A stretch of DNA of 25,862 nt, from the IMG/VR virus record IMGVR_UViG_2908572912_000005, positions 1-25,862 of that record; one strand, given 5' to 3'. Below the pieces are notes generated by a model that was given only the letters and a program-made list of their open reading frames with translations, had not been told where the DNA came from and did no database searches. The DNA is from a virus. Lineage: Duplodnaviria; Heunggongvirae; Uroviricota; Caudoviricetes. Numbering within the stretch: position 1 is the first letter of the stretch; every line of letters starts with the position of its first letter. Below are positions 1-8,665 of this stretch, one piece after another. The position numbers were made by a program, and so were the translations under genes.

Positions 1-396
1 CACAACATCCGAGGACAGCATCGTCCGCTGGCCCACAAAAGTCCGGAAAGTCATGGAAGGTCGTTGTTGGGAGGAGGTACAAATTCTCTCATGCAAAAAA
101 TACGTAAAATCGATAATAGCTGGAAATAATTCAATACATGCACTCTCGAAAGTGCATCAGCCAGCCGCAGCACGTTCCTGCATACAACGTGTCTGCGGCA
201 TATCACAAAACGATTACTCCATAACAGGGACAGCAGGCCACTCAATATCCGGTGCAGTTGATGTATCAACACGGTTCAGCAACACCCGATACTTTTTCCA
301 TGCGGCCAGTAACGCTTTCTCTTCCTCCGTTGCGATTTCCAGCTCAACAACAGTCTGAACGTACCGGGAACAGCCTCCTTCAGAGCTTGAAGGATA

Positions 397-3009
397 TCAA
401 TGTTCGCTTCCTGTTAACTGCCGGACAAGTGCAACCAGTTCGCTTACCTGATTTTCCAGAGTGCTGATCCGGGTGTCTGCTGTTGCCAGATTTTCACGTA
501 GCGTTGTGTTTTCCTCTTCCAGCGCGGTAACGCGATCATCTGTTTCACGGGCGACCTGAACAAGTAAACCCGTCACGGCGGCGTAGTCAACATTAAGATA
601 GCGCGTTTCTTCGCGTAGCTCGTTGCCGTCAACGGTCGGGCCTTGCAACTCTTCACCGTAATGGATGAATGAACCAACGGCCTCCGGGATGGCCTCTTCA
701 ACTTCCTGGGCTATAACCCCGGCGCAATGTGCCCCATTCTCCTTGAGCGTGTACGTGTATCCATTAATTTTGCGGATTGCGTCAGTCGCGTTATCGATAA
801 TCTCGATATTTTCTTTCAGTCTGCGGTCTGATGACTGATTCAGTGTGGTGCAGTTAACACTTCCGTTTACAGTAAGGTTTTGCCCGTCTGTTGTTTTTTG
901 CGCATAAAACAGATACGCAGCAGACGTGCCAACCTCAAAAACGTTTTGTCGAGTACTGGAACCCCACACCCTGACAGAAAACGGTAGTTCTGCATTACCT
1001 GAGTTCTGTAAAACAAAACGATTACCAGTCCCTGATTGCTTTGTAAGGGTTAAATCAACGGTTGAGTTAACCTCATTCCTGTTGATAGTGAGCGCCTGCG
1101 CTGTAGCCCCGTTAACAGCACCTGTTTTGAGTTGAACCGCGCCGTCATTACCATTTAACAGTATCTCAGCTCCGCTAAAGAAATTTTTTAGCGACAGCAT
1201 CTTACTTACGCCGACTGATGAACCCAACGCCCACGCGAGAGAATTACCGGTGCTATCAAACCCACGTACAAAGCAATCCATTTTGCTATAGTCTGACGTG
1301 CTTCCAAGGACATCAATCCGCCCTCCGCCAGATTTTATCGGGTTAGATGTGGTTAATGACCTGACAGCAATATCGGTAGATGAATTGAGATCGTCTACTG
1401 TTAGTAATTTCTTCCATTCCTGCGTCGTTCCATTTTCAATTGTTCTTCCCCAAAAACCGGAATTGCGGCCTCCGAACTGCACAGCATAATTTTTACTAAA
1501 TTGAACATGAATGCCGCCAAGAACCATAGAGCCTGCCGGGCCGTTTGTACTGCCTGCAATTGGTCTAAATTTGTCGACGTTATCAGTATGCTGAGCGTTC
1601 CAGTCATGACCTGTTAATGTTGCGATTCCTGAGTTAGCTGTAATTAACCCAGACGCTTTAAGATTCTGCACATCAATTCTGTCGTTTGCGAAATTATATG
1701 CAATTGCGTTACTAACGCTTCCGGCATCATCATAATCACGTTTCTGAATAAACCAGTCGCCAGCATTAGCAATGAGAGTATAAGTAGGCGTGTTAGCCGG
1801 GCGATCTGTTTCATTAAATCTTATTGCTGGGTTAGCGCTCCTTATTTGTAAAGGTTTTTCAACCGTTGATTTCAGTATCGCACTATCTACAATTAAATTA
1901 CCTTCTGAGTTAAGGTTTAGATATTTTGAAGCACCAGTTGAACCATCGTATGTAAACCTTATTGTTAATTGACCTGGCTCATTTGATAAAGTTTCAACAT
2001 ACATATCAGCACCAAGACGCACAGTGCTGTCAGTTGCTAACAGTCTTGTATGGAGAATTCCACTAGATGTGTATGTATTGGTCGAATCACTATATCTATC
2101 AAGAAATAGACTGTTAAGTTGAGGGCTGTTGTTCCTACCTAAGCCAAGATTCGTTCTGGCACCATCAACAGTTGCCGCATTAGTGCCTCCTTGTCCAATA
2201 GGTAATGGAACCCATGACGATCCGTTATGGCAACCCCACGATCCAGATGTTGACACCTGAAGTCGTGGCGCTGATGGTGAGTAATTCGAATAAACGTAAG
2301 TAGTCGATTCGCCTTCTTCAATTCTTTCTGTTAATACTATTTTTTTCCATACACTCCAACCTTGTGTGCTGGTATATATCCTTCTATAAAGAATTGATGA
2401 ATTGTTATATACAAAATAGCTCTGGATACAACCATCACTACCATTAGCACCAGTTCTTTGCACTAACAATGCACCAGCAAGCTGTATCGGGTAATTTAGT
2501 TCTGGCTTTGCGTTGGCAGACATTGGTTGGTAATAAAAACCGGCTGTAGTACCTTTTATATCGTTTAAGTTCGTATTCGCATCAAGGCCAGTTTTTGCTT
2601 CAAACATGACTTCAAGTTTAGAGCGCGCTGTACTTGCATCATTCGCCCCTGTGCCACCTTGCGCAACTGCGAGCGGTTGCCATCTACCAGCTTTAGGGTT
2701 AAATGCGCCCCACTGACCGTCAGCATCAACCTGTAAGTAACAGCCGTCCGCCTGAACGTCAGTAGATAAAATGATGGTTCTTGTGTCGCTTGAACGCTGA
2801 AATCGGATAACCTCATCTTTTCTTGCGTGGCGTGTCCATTGCGGGCCTATTGTCGGATTCCAGCGATAAGTATAAAGCGAGCGCGTAGCCCATCCCTGAA
2901 ATACACCTGTATACGCTGGTGTTCCATCTACCTGACTAATAAACCCCGTAAGACTGCTTTCACCGGATGCAATCGATGGAAAGCCTTTTGCATTACTCAT
3001 AATGCGCAT
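397..3009 (-). CDS. Phage tail fibre protein, N-terminally truncated remnant, with C-terminal intramolecular chaperone (peptidase S74-like) domain
   Basis: 870-aa ORF. C-terminus carries the SDRRLKENIEII motif typical of auto-cleaving tail-fibre/endosialidase chaperone domains. The same frame stays open upstream to ~3330 and encodes Ala/Ser/Thr-rich repeats (SETNAK...) typical of side-tail-fibre N-regions, but has no start codon there; first ATG is at 3009. Confidence 0.8.
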   Translation of the reverse strand: MRIMSNAKGFPSIASGESSLTGFISQVDGTPAYTGVFQGWATRSLYTYRWNPTIGPQWTRHARKDEVIRFQRSSDTRTIILSTDVQADGCYLQVDADGQWGAFNPKAGRWQPLAVAQGGTGANDASTARSKLEVMFEAKTGLDANTNLNDIKGTTAGFYYQPMSANAKPELNYPIQLAGALLVQRTGANGSDGCIQSYFVYNNSSILYRRIYTSTQGWSVWKKIVLTERIEEGESTTYVYSNYSPSAPRLQVSTSGSWGCHNGSSWVPLPIGQGGTNAATVDGARTNLGLGRNNSPQLNSLFLDRYSDSTNTYTSSGILHTRLLATDSTVRLGADMYVETLSNEPGQLTIRFTYDGSTGASKYLNLNSEGNLIVDSAILKSTVEKPLQIRSANPAIRFNETDRPANTPTYTLIANAGDWFIQKRDYDDAGSVSNAIAYNFANDRIDVQNLKASGLITANSGIATLTGHDWNAQHTDNVDKFRPIAGSTNGPAGSMVLGGIHVQFSKNYAVQFGGRNSGFWGRTIENGTTQEWKKLLTVDDLNSSTDIAVRSLTTSNPIKSGGGRIDVLGSTSDYSKMDCFVRGFDSTGNSLAWALGSSVGVSKMLSLKNFFSGAEILLNGNDGAVQLKTGAVNGATAQALTINRNEVNSTVDLTLTKQSGTGNRFVLQNSGNAELPFSVRVWGSSTRQNVFEVGTSAAYLFYAQKTTDGQNLTVNGSVNCTTLNQSSDRRLKENIEIIDNATDAIRKINGYTYTLKENGAHCAGVIAQEVEEAIPEAVGSFIHYGEELQGPTVDGNELREETRYLNVDYAAVTGLLVQVARETDDRVTALEEENTTLRENLATADTRISTLENQVSELVALVRQLTGSEH

Positions 3010-3092
3010 AAATCCGATATACCCTGATGGGTTGCCGGAAATATCAGGACAATCACGCGGGGCTGAGCCAAGACCGATATTATCGCCAACAA

Positions 3093-3725
3093 TTAATTGC
3101 GCCTGGTTGCGATAATTAAGTGCGTCCGCCGCAGATTTCGCCGCGTTTGTTTCACTGGATTTAGCATTAGTTTCGCTGGCTTTAGCGTTGGTTTCGCTGC
3201 TCTTTGCTGCTGCCTCGCTAGTTTTCGCGTTGGTTTCTGATTTTTTGGCTGCTGTCGCGGAGTTTGCCGATGCAGTTTGTGAGTCTGCTGCCGCCTGTGC
3301 GCTGTTATTGATTCGTAATACGCCAGCATTTCAGAAAGGATCGCATCCAGTTTCCTTATCGGGAAATAGGCCTGGTCATAGTTGCGATCCACCCGAAACT
3401 GGAACTCGTGATAATCATCATCGAGCTGAATGAAGTATTTACACCCGACCAGTTTTGCCAGGTCGAAACAGGCATTACGGGCGTAAAAAATTGAGCGGCG
3501 ATCACCAAAATTATCGGCTTCGTCAAAACGACTGGCAATATCGGCTTTGGAAAATACCAGCACCTGTTCACCAAATTCAGCCATGTACTGATGCCGTGTC
3601 TTATCTTCATCATCAACAACGATAAAAATTTTCCCGGTATAGCCAGCACGACGCAACGTCCGGTAAGTCAGAACTTTGTCCGGTCGCCCGTGAGTCAGAA
3701 TAAAGGCGCAAAAATCATCACGCAT
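3093..3725 (-). CDS. Hypothetical protein (possible DxD-type fold) whose 3' end runs out of frame into the tail-fibre repeat region; probable deletion-junction fusion
   Basis: ATG at 3725, two nt after the upstream stop, preceded by a GGAGGAGGAGG Shine-Dalgarno-like run. Protein-like sequence to about residue 140 (...LDDDYHEF...AILSEMLAYYESI), then a basic R/Q/K-rich tail that is the stf repeat region read in another frame. Confidence 0.45.
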   Translation of the reverse strand: MRDDFCAFILTHGRPDKVLTYRTLRRAGYTGKIFIVVDDEDKTRHQYMAEFGEQVLVFSKADIASRFDEADNFGDRRSIFYARNACFDLAKLVGCKYFIQLDDDYHEFQFRVDRNYDQAYFPIRKLDAILSEMLAYYESITAHRRQQTHKLHRQTPRQQPKNQKPTRKLARQQQRAAKPTLKPAKLMLNPVKQTRRNLRRTHLIIATRRN

Positions 3726-4512
3726 ATTCCTCCTCCTCCTCCCCGCCATGCATGATCTCCACCATGCGCTGCGTCATTCGGACAAATCCATTTTCAATAG
3801 CCTGCTGATAATCAATGATCACCAGCGCCGACTCCTCGTAAAGGCACTGAATTTCAGCGGGGGCATGAGCGTAATAGTCCGCAATTCTGCTGAAATTAAA
3901 CACTGTGTGACGTTCTGCCGCACACAGGAGGAATTTCTCAATATCAGGATCAAGGGACGCCGAACGTATCCGGCTGATCAGCTCCTGAGTTTTCGTATCG
4001 TCGTACAGTTCACTGATATCCGGTTTACCGCCCGACGGCTCATAAACAGGCGTATCAATTTTCGTCGTATACGGCTCCTCCTCATTTCCTGTACCGGGCA
4101 AAACATCCGTCAACAGTTCATCAATTTCTGTCGGGATGAAGCCTGTCAGGGAGACATCAAAATCAGCATTGATTAGGTCCGACAGCTCCATCCGCAACAG
4201 ATCTTCATCCCAACCAGCATTCATCGGCAGGCGATTATCTGCCAGGCGGTACGCCTTTTTCTGCTCATCCGTCAGGCCAGACAGAACAATGACCGGAACA
4301 GAATCCATTTTGAGCATTTCAGCCGCCATAACACGACCGTGACCCGCAATAATTTCGCCCTTTTCGTCAATCAGCACCGGATTAGTCCAGCCGAATTGCT
4401 TAATACTTTCTACCAGTTGTGCCACCTGCTCAGTACTGTGCGTCCTGGCATTGTGCGCATACGGTGACAATTCTTGTAATGGGCGATAGACTATCTTTAA
4501 TTTCTCGCTCAT
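3718..4512 (-). CDS. ParB-like nuclease domain protein
   Basis: 264-aa ORF; N-terminal segment (...PYAHNARTHS...IIAGHGRVMAAEML...) resembles the ParB N-terminal domain; acidic EEEEE C-terminus. Occupies the position before the packaging module in many phages. Confidence 0.7.
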   Translation of the reverse strand: MSEKLKIVYRPLQELSPYAHNARTHSTEQVAQLVESIKQFGWTNPVLIDEKGEIIAGHGRVMAAEMLKMDSVPVIVLSGLTDEQKKAYRLADNRLPMNAGWDEDLLRMELSDLINADFDVSLTGFIPTEIDELLTDVLPGTGNEEEPYTTKIDTPVYEPSGGKPDISELYDDTKTQELISRIRSASLDPDIEKFLLCAAERHTVFNFSRIADYYAHAPAEIQCLYEESALVIIDYQQAIENGFVRMTQRMVEIMHGGEEEEEYA

Positions 4513-4649
4513 ACAGCCTTGCTTTATGAATAAAACGCACCCCAGCAGCCAGTGCTACTGGGGGCGGAGGTGTTGCTGGTAAAGTTAGGTATTGGATCAA
4601 TGAGTTAGTCAACATAATATTAAACTCACAATTATAAATCAGCCATATA

Positions 4650-6107
4650 TTAGGAGCGCCAAAAAAAACCTGAAAACAATATAATAACAGGATAAATTTC
4701 AAGGCGACCAAGAATCATAGCTATGCACATTAAATATTTTGCAATGTCATTAAGCACTCCGAATGACGATGCAGTAGCCCCAAAACCTAATCCCATATTA
4801 TTAATACATGCAGCCACTGTTGCAAATGATGTAAGAAAATCATATCCCATACCATTTAACACCAGTATAAAAAACACCGTGAAGAGAGTATAAAGAAAAA
4901 AGAAACTCCATACAGACCTCATTACACGATCTGTAACTATCTTCCCTCCTACATTTACACTTAACAACGCTCTGGGATGAGAAAGTTGATTTATCTCGTG
5001 TTTGCTTTGTTTGAAAAGTATAAGAAATCGAAGTGACTTAATTCCACCACAGGTTGAACCGATACATCCCCCAAAGAAACTTGACAACAGCAAAAACACT
5101 ATCGTGTGCGTGGGCCAGTTTGCATAATCCTGCGTAGCTAAACCATTATCAGTGAGCATGGAGCTGGCAAGAAAAAACGAATGAATAAAACTTCCATGCA
5201 AGTCATACATACCTATATGCCAGACCTGGAAAGAGGTAACAATGATCACCCCTAAGGCTATTAACAGAAAGAAACGAAGTTCAATATCTCTGATTAAAGG
5301 TTTTATCGTTTTTCTGCTAATAACAATATACCAAAGAGTGAAGTTGAAAGCCGATAGCAGGGAAAAAAAACCAGCCACCAGCTCAACCAAATAGTTATTA
5401 AAATATCCGATACTCTCGCTATGAGTTGAGAAACCACCAAGCGAAACTGTGGAAATCCCGTGACAAATAGCATCAAACAAAGACATTCCTGCAAGTCTAT
5501 AACAGACAATACAAGCAATACCTAATAAAGAATAAGTTATCCACAGTGTCCGTGACGTATCGGCCAGGCGGGGAGTGAGTTTGTCATCCTTAAATGGCCC
5601 CGGCATTTCTGACTGATAAAGCTTTGCACCACCAATACCCAATAATGGCAATACAGCAACCGCCAGAACAATAACTCCTAAACCACCTATAAAATTTAAC
5701 TGTGACCGATAGTACAAATATGCCCGAGGTAATGAACTAACATCATCAATTACAGTTGCTCCTGTTGTTGTTATTCCAGAAACCCCTTCAAACAGAGCAT
5801 CAATGAACGTTAAATTAAGTTCTGAGTCAATCCATAAAGGGAATGCACTAATAACAGAAAACAAAATCCAAAACATTACAATTATAATAAACCCATCACG
5901 GGTACGTAATTGAATGCCAGATTTCTTAGTTGTATACCACGCTCCGCCACCAATGCAAAAAAATATAACGAAAGTTATAAAGAAAACGAACAGGCTTTTT
6001 TCTTTATAAAACAATGCTACAACCATTGGTGGCAACATTGAAAGACTATAGAGCCAAACCAGGAACCCACACATATGAGTAACAACTCTTACATGAGATG
6101 TATTCAT
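4650..6107 (-). CDS. trkG: Trk-system potassium uptake protein TrkG (prophage cargo)
   Basis: Polytopic membrane protein starting MNTSHVRVVTHMCGFLVWLYSL..., matching my recollection of Rac TrkG (485 aa from the ATG at 6107; the ORF track start at 6125 is a TTG). AT-rich flanks. Confidence 0.9.
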   Translation of the reverse strand: MNTSHVRVVTHMCGFLVWLYSLSMLPPMVVALFYKEKSLFVFFITFVIFFCIGGGAWYTTKKSGIQLRTRDGFIIIVMFWILFSVISAFPLWIDSELNLTFIDALFEGVSGITTTGATVIDDVSSLPRAYLYYRSQLNFIGGLGVIVLAVAVLPLLGIGGAKLYQSEMPGPFKDDKLTPRLADTSRTLWITYSLLGIACIVCYRLAGMSLFDAICHGISTVSLGGFSTHSESIGYFNNYLVELVAGFFSLLSAFNFTLWYIVISRKTIKPLIRDIELRFFLLIALGVIIVTSFQVWHIGMYDLHGSFIHSFFLASSMLTDNGLATQDYANWPTHTIVFLLLSSFFGGCIGSTCGGIKSLRFLILFKQSKHEINQLSHPRALLSVNVGGKIVTDRVMRSVWSFFFLYTLFTVFFILVLNGMGYDFLTSFATVAACINNMGLGFGATASSFGVLNDIAKYLMCIAMILGRLEIYPVIILFSGFFWRS

Positions 6108-6244
6108 ATCTAAATATTCTTTCAATTATAACCACCTTGCTGCAATATTATGATTATACTGTATAAAATTTAACTCCTCTTAGATCTTACTTCACTGTTC
6201 CTTATGAAACAATCATCAAAATGAATCATATTGTAGTTAAGATT

Positions 6245-6709
6245 TTACTTTAAACACTGCTCGGTTATGTATTGCTGAGCACCTTCAAGTTGGGCCTGCA
6301 TCATTACCAGTCGTTCCCGGAGGGTGAAATAATCCCGTTCAGCGGTGTCTGCCAGTCGGGGGGAGGCTGCATTATCCACGCCGGAGGCGGTGGTGGCTTC
6401 ACGCACTGACTGACAGACTGCTTTGATGTGCAACCGACGACGACCAGCGGCAACATCATCACGCAGAGCATCATTTTCAGCTTTCGCATCAGCTAACTCC
6501 TTCGTGTATTTTGCATCGAGCGCAGCAACATCACGCTGACGCATCTGCATCTCAGTAATTGCCGCGTTCGCCAGCTTCAGTTCTCTGGCATTTTTGTCGC
6601 GCTGTTCTTTGTAGGCGATGGCGTTATCACGGTAATGATTAACACCCCATGACAGGCAGACGACGATGCAGATAACCAGAGCGGAGATAATCGCGGTTAC
6701 TCTGCTCAT
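6245..6709 (-). CDS. Rz: i-spanin Rz
   Basis: 154 aa with N-terminal TM segment and coiled-coil-like body; near-identical to lambda Rz as I recall it; start overlaps the endolysin stop. Confidence 0.9.
   Translation of the reverse strand: MSRVTAIISALVICIVVCLSWGVNHYRDNAIAYKEQRDKNARELKLANAAITEMQMRQRDVAALDAKYTKELADAKAENDALRDDVAAGRRRLHIKAVCQSVREATTASGVDNAASPRLADTAERDYFTLRERLVMMQAQLEGAQQYITEQCLK
6304..6489 (-). CDS. Rz1: o-spanin Rz1 (outer-membrane lipoprotein), embedded out of frame inside Rz
   Basis: 61-aa [23 protein letters not shown]... with lipobox Cys and PPPPP tract, entirely within the Rz gene in another frame; lambda-type embedded architecture. Confidence 0.85.
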   Translation of the reverse strand: MRKLKMMLCVMMLPLVVVGCTSKQSVSQCVKPPPPPAWIMQPPPDWQTPLNGIISPSGNDW

Positions 6710-7182
6710 ACCTCAATCTCTCTGACCGTTCCGCCAGCTTCTTTGAATTTTGCAATCAGACTGTCAGCCTTATGCTCGAACTGACCATAACCAGCGCCCG
6801 GCAGTGAGGCCCATATATTGCTGCAACGGTCGATAGCCTGACGGATATCACCGCGATCAATCATCGGCAAAGCGCCACGCTCTTTAATCTGCTGCAGCGC
6901 TACAGCATCCTGACTTTCTGGAGAAAAATCTTTCAGGCCAAGTTGCTTGCGGTAGGCATCCCACCAGCGTGAAAGAAGCTGGTAACGTCCAGCGGCTGTT
7001 GATTTGAGTTTCGGATTTAGCGTGACAAGTTTGCGGGGGTGATCGGAGTAATCAGTGAACAGTTCGCCACCGACAATAACATCATAACCGTGATTTCTGG
7101 TTTTCTGCCGTCCGTTATCTGTTCCTTCTGACCATGCCACCATATCAAGGAAAGCTTTACGCTGGGAATTAAGTGTCTGCAT
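6706..7182 (-). CDS. R: Endolysin, lambda R-like lytic transglycosylase
   Basis: 158 aa; ...[33 protein letters not shown]... matches lambda R as I recall it; AAGGAG Shine-Dalgarno upstream. Confidence 0.9.
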   Translation of the reverse strand: MQTLNSQRKAFLDMVAWSEGTDNGRQKTRNHGYDVIVGGELFTDYSDHPRKLVTLNPKLKSTAAGRYQLLSRWWDAYRKQLGLKDFSPESQDAVALQQIKERGALPMIDRGDIRQAIDRCSNIWASLPGAGYGQFEHKADSLIAKFKEAGGTVREIEV

Positions 7183-7185
7183 TAA

Positions 7186-7527
7186 TTACTCCTTATGGGC
7201 ACCGAACTTGTTACCGATGACCCTCATTGCCGCACCACGAATAGCATCAACACCAATCAGCCCCACCCCACCACCAATGGCAACAGAAAGTGATTTAGGC
7301 CATCCGACATACTCAAGCGCGGATGCAAAGGTCAGCGTCAGAGCACCACAAAGCAGAATCTCAAGCGTTTTTCGTTTCCAGCCGCCGCCACCGCCAAAAT
7401 AGGCAATGCGCAAACCAGCCATAATAATTGACATAACCACTGCACCCAGCGGCGTATCTCCACGCCACCAACTTTGTAAGAGTTCCAGTAAGTCAGGCCA
7501 GGAATGAGGGGCATTGTGCATTTTCAT
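7186..7527 (-). CDS. S: Holin (class I, three predicted TM segments) with dual-start motif
   Basis: Position immediately upstream of the endolysin; three hydrophobic segments; N-terminus M-K-M-H with two in-frame ATGs (7527, 7521) behind a GGAGGTGA Shine-Dalgarno, reminiscent of the lambda S107/S105 dual start. The ORF track start at 7536 is a GTG. Confidence 0.75.
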   Translation of the reverse strand: MKMHNAPHSWPDLLELLQSWWRGDTPLGAVVMSIIMAGLRIAYFGGGGGWKRKTLEILLCGALTLTFASALEYVGWPKSLSVAIGGGVGLIGVDAIRGAAMRVIGNKFGAHKE

Positions 7528-7616
7528 AAGCCTCACCTCCGAGAGTTCGGATGGTGCTAAGTGTAAGATTCAGGCTCTCAGGCTTGCTAACAAGAAGTCG
7601 AGGATGTTTCCGGAGC

Positions 7617-7649
7617 CTAACAACGAAAAAGCCCCGGGACATGCCGGGG
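7617..7649 (-). terminator. Intrinsic terminator-like hairpin upstream of the holin
   Basis: 6-bp GC stem CCCCGG / CCGGGG with 6-nt loop (7632-7649), followed on the minus strand by CUUUUUCGUUGUU. Confidence 0.45.
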
Positions 7650-7744
7650 TCAGATGGAGTGCCAGATTAAGCTTCTGGCGGTATATACTCGTGTTTGATA
7701 TCGTTAAATCGCCAAAAGTAACAATTCAAACAAAGAGGATTTTT

Positions 7745-7906
7745 ATGTCTGAAAAAAACAAGCCACAAGATGAAAATAAACCTCAGCAACCCGTGGCACC
7801 AAAACCAACTCCAACACAAAGTACTACAGACTTTGCTACACGTCGTGTTTTTGTTGGAGATTCTGCCGACTCAGTCATTGAACATATAAAAAAACAGCCG
7901 AGATAA
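7745..7906 (+). CDS. Small hydrophilic hypothetical protein (53 aa), convergent with the neighbouring membrane-protein gene
   Basis: ATG at 7745 preceded by AGAGGA Shine-Dalgarno at 5-nt spacing; low-complexity Pro/Gln/Lys-rich N-terminus; 3' end overlaps the opposite-strand gene by ~30 nt. Confidence 0.35.
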   Translation: MSEKNKPQDENKPQQPVAPKPTPTQSTTDFATRRVFVGDSADSVIEHIKKQPR

Positions 7907-8444
7907 ACATCGCCGCTACCGGAGCAAGGATGGTATACATCCTTGCTTTATCGAGACTCGTGCGGATTTTCTCATTTTCCAACAGTAACTCTCTTGCTGT
8001 ATCACTCAAGTCAACAAGGCGATACCTTCGTATAAGCGGCAATAACTTATCAGGTCCTAAATATCCTGCATCAGCGAATATTTTAAAGCTCGAGGGCTCC
8101 ATATCCTTATATTTTTCATGATATAGATGATCAGGAGGGGCATTGATCAGGCCCCTAACCTTCACAGATAAACCAGTACATACCAAGTAAATGGCGCACC
8201 ATGTCCATAGTAATGTAAATGTGGTAATTCCGGCGGTGAGAAAATCGAAATTAGTTTTCTGTGTCAGCAATAAAAAAGATGAACCAATTCCAACAATCTG
8301 AATGTTCAGAAGTTTGTATCCATTCTCAACATTGGTTTTGTTAGAAAGATGAATCTCTCGTATCGTCTCTTCCCCTTGTTTTTCAAGATAATCGACGAGC
8401 TCATCATCTACTCCTAAAAAATAATCTTTAGGTAGTTCTCTCAT
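7875..8444 (-). CDS. Hypothetical membrane protein in the Q-to-holin moron position
   Basis: 189-aa ORF with strong GGAGGTGA Shine-Dalgarno; about three hydrophobic segments (two central, one C-terminal); AT-rich; flanked by terminator-like hairpins on both sides. Confidence 0.6.
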   Translation of the reverse strand: MRELPKDYFLGVDDELVDYLEKQGEETIREIHLSNKTNVENGYKLLNIQIVGIGSSFLLLTQKTNFDFLTAGITTFTLLWTWCAIYLVCTGLSVKVRGLINAPPDHLYHEKYKDMEPSSFKIFADAGYLGPDKLLPLIRRYRLVDLSDTARELLLENEKIRTSLDKARMYTILAPVAAMFISAVFLYVQ

Positions 8445-8550
8445 CTCACCTCCACATCCTGTACTGAAAACAATTTTACCAGAATGTCTCGATTCTAGGT
8501 ATTCCGCCAGGAATCGCGCTCCAGAAATGAAACATCAGGTTCGCCAGTAC

Positions 8551-8582
8551 CAGAAACAACAAAACCCGCTCAATGGCGGGTT
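8551..8582 (-). terminator. Intrinsic terminator downstream of the Q-like gene (tR'-like late-leader terminator)
   Basis: 7-bp stem AACCCGC / GCGGGTT with 6-nt loop (8563-8582), followed on the minus strand by UUGUUGUUUCUG; ~85-115 nt downstream of the Q-like stop. Confidence 0.55.
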
Positions 8583-8665
8583 CTGGTAAAGTTCATGCGC
8601 TTGGTTCGCCTCGCGATACAGCTTTGCGAAGCATACCGGAATTGAAGCAGTTTATGCGTAAAAAA

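Noticed and set aside
51-467. Overlapping ORFs (53..358 +, 51..272 -, 252..467 +) downstream of the tail fibre gene
   Set aside because: Mutually overlapping, no clear start with a ribosome-binding site, and no recognisable protein features. A hairpin at 375-393 lacks a T-tract. The window edge prevents judging what lies beyond, so the region is left unannotated.
3188-3649. Alternative-frame ORFs (3188..3433 +, 3356..3649 -) in the tail-fibre repeat and junction region
   Set aside because: Arise from the repetitive Ala/Ser/Thr-rich coding repeats read in other frames or strands; no start signals.
8583-8665. Attempt to pinpoint the late promoter pR' and Q-binding element downstream of the Q-like gene
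   Set aside because: Candidate hexamers (TTGATT ... TTCAAT on the minus strand) are weak and spacing is ambiguous; the region is expected to hold pR' but an exact call is not supportable by eye.
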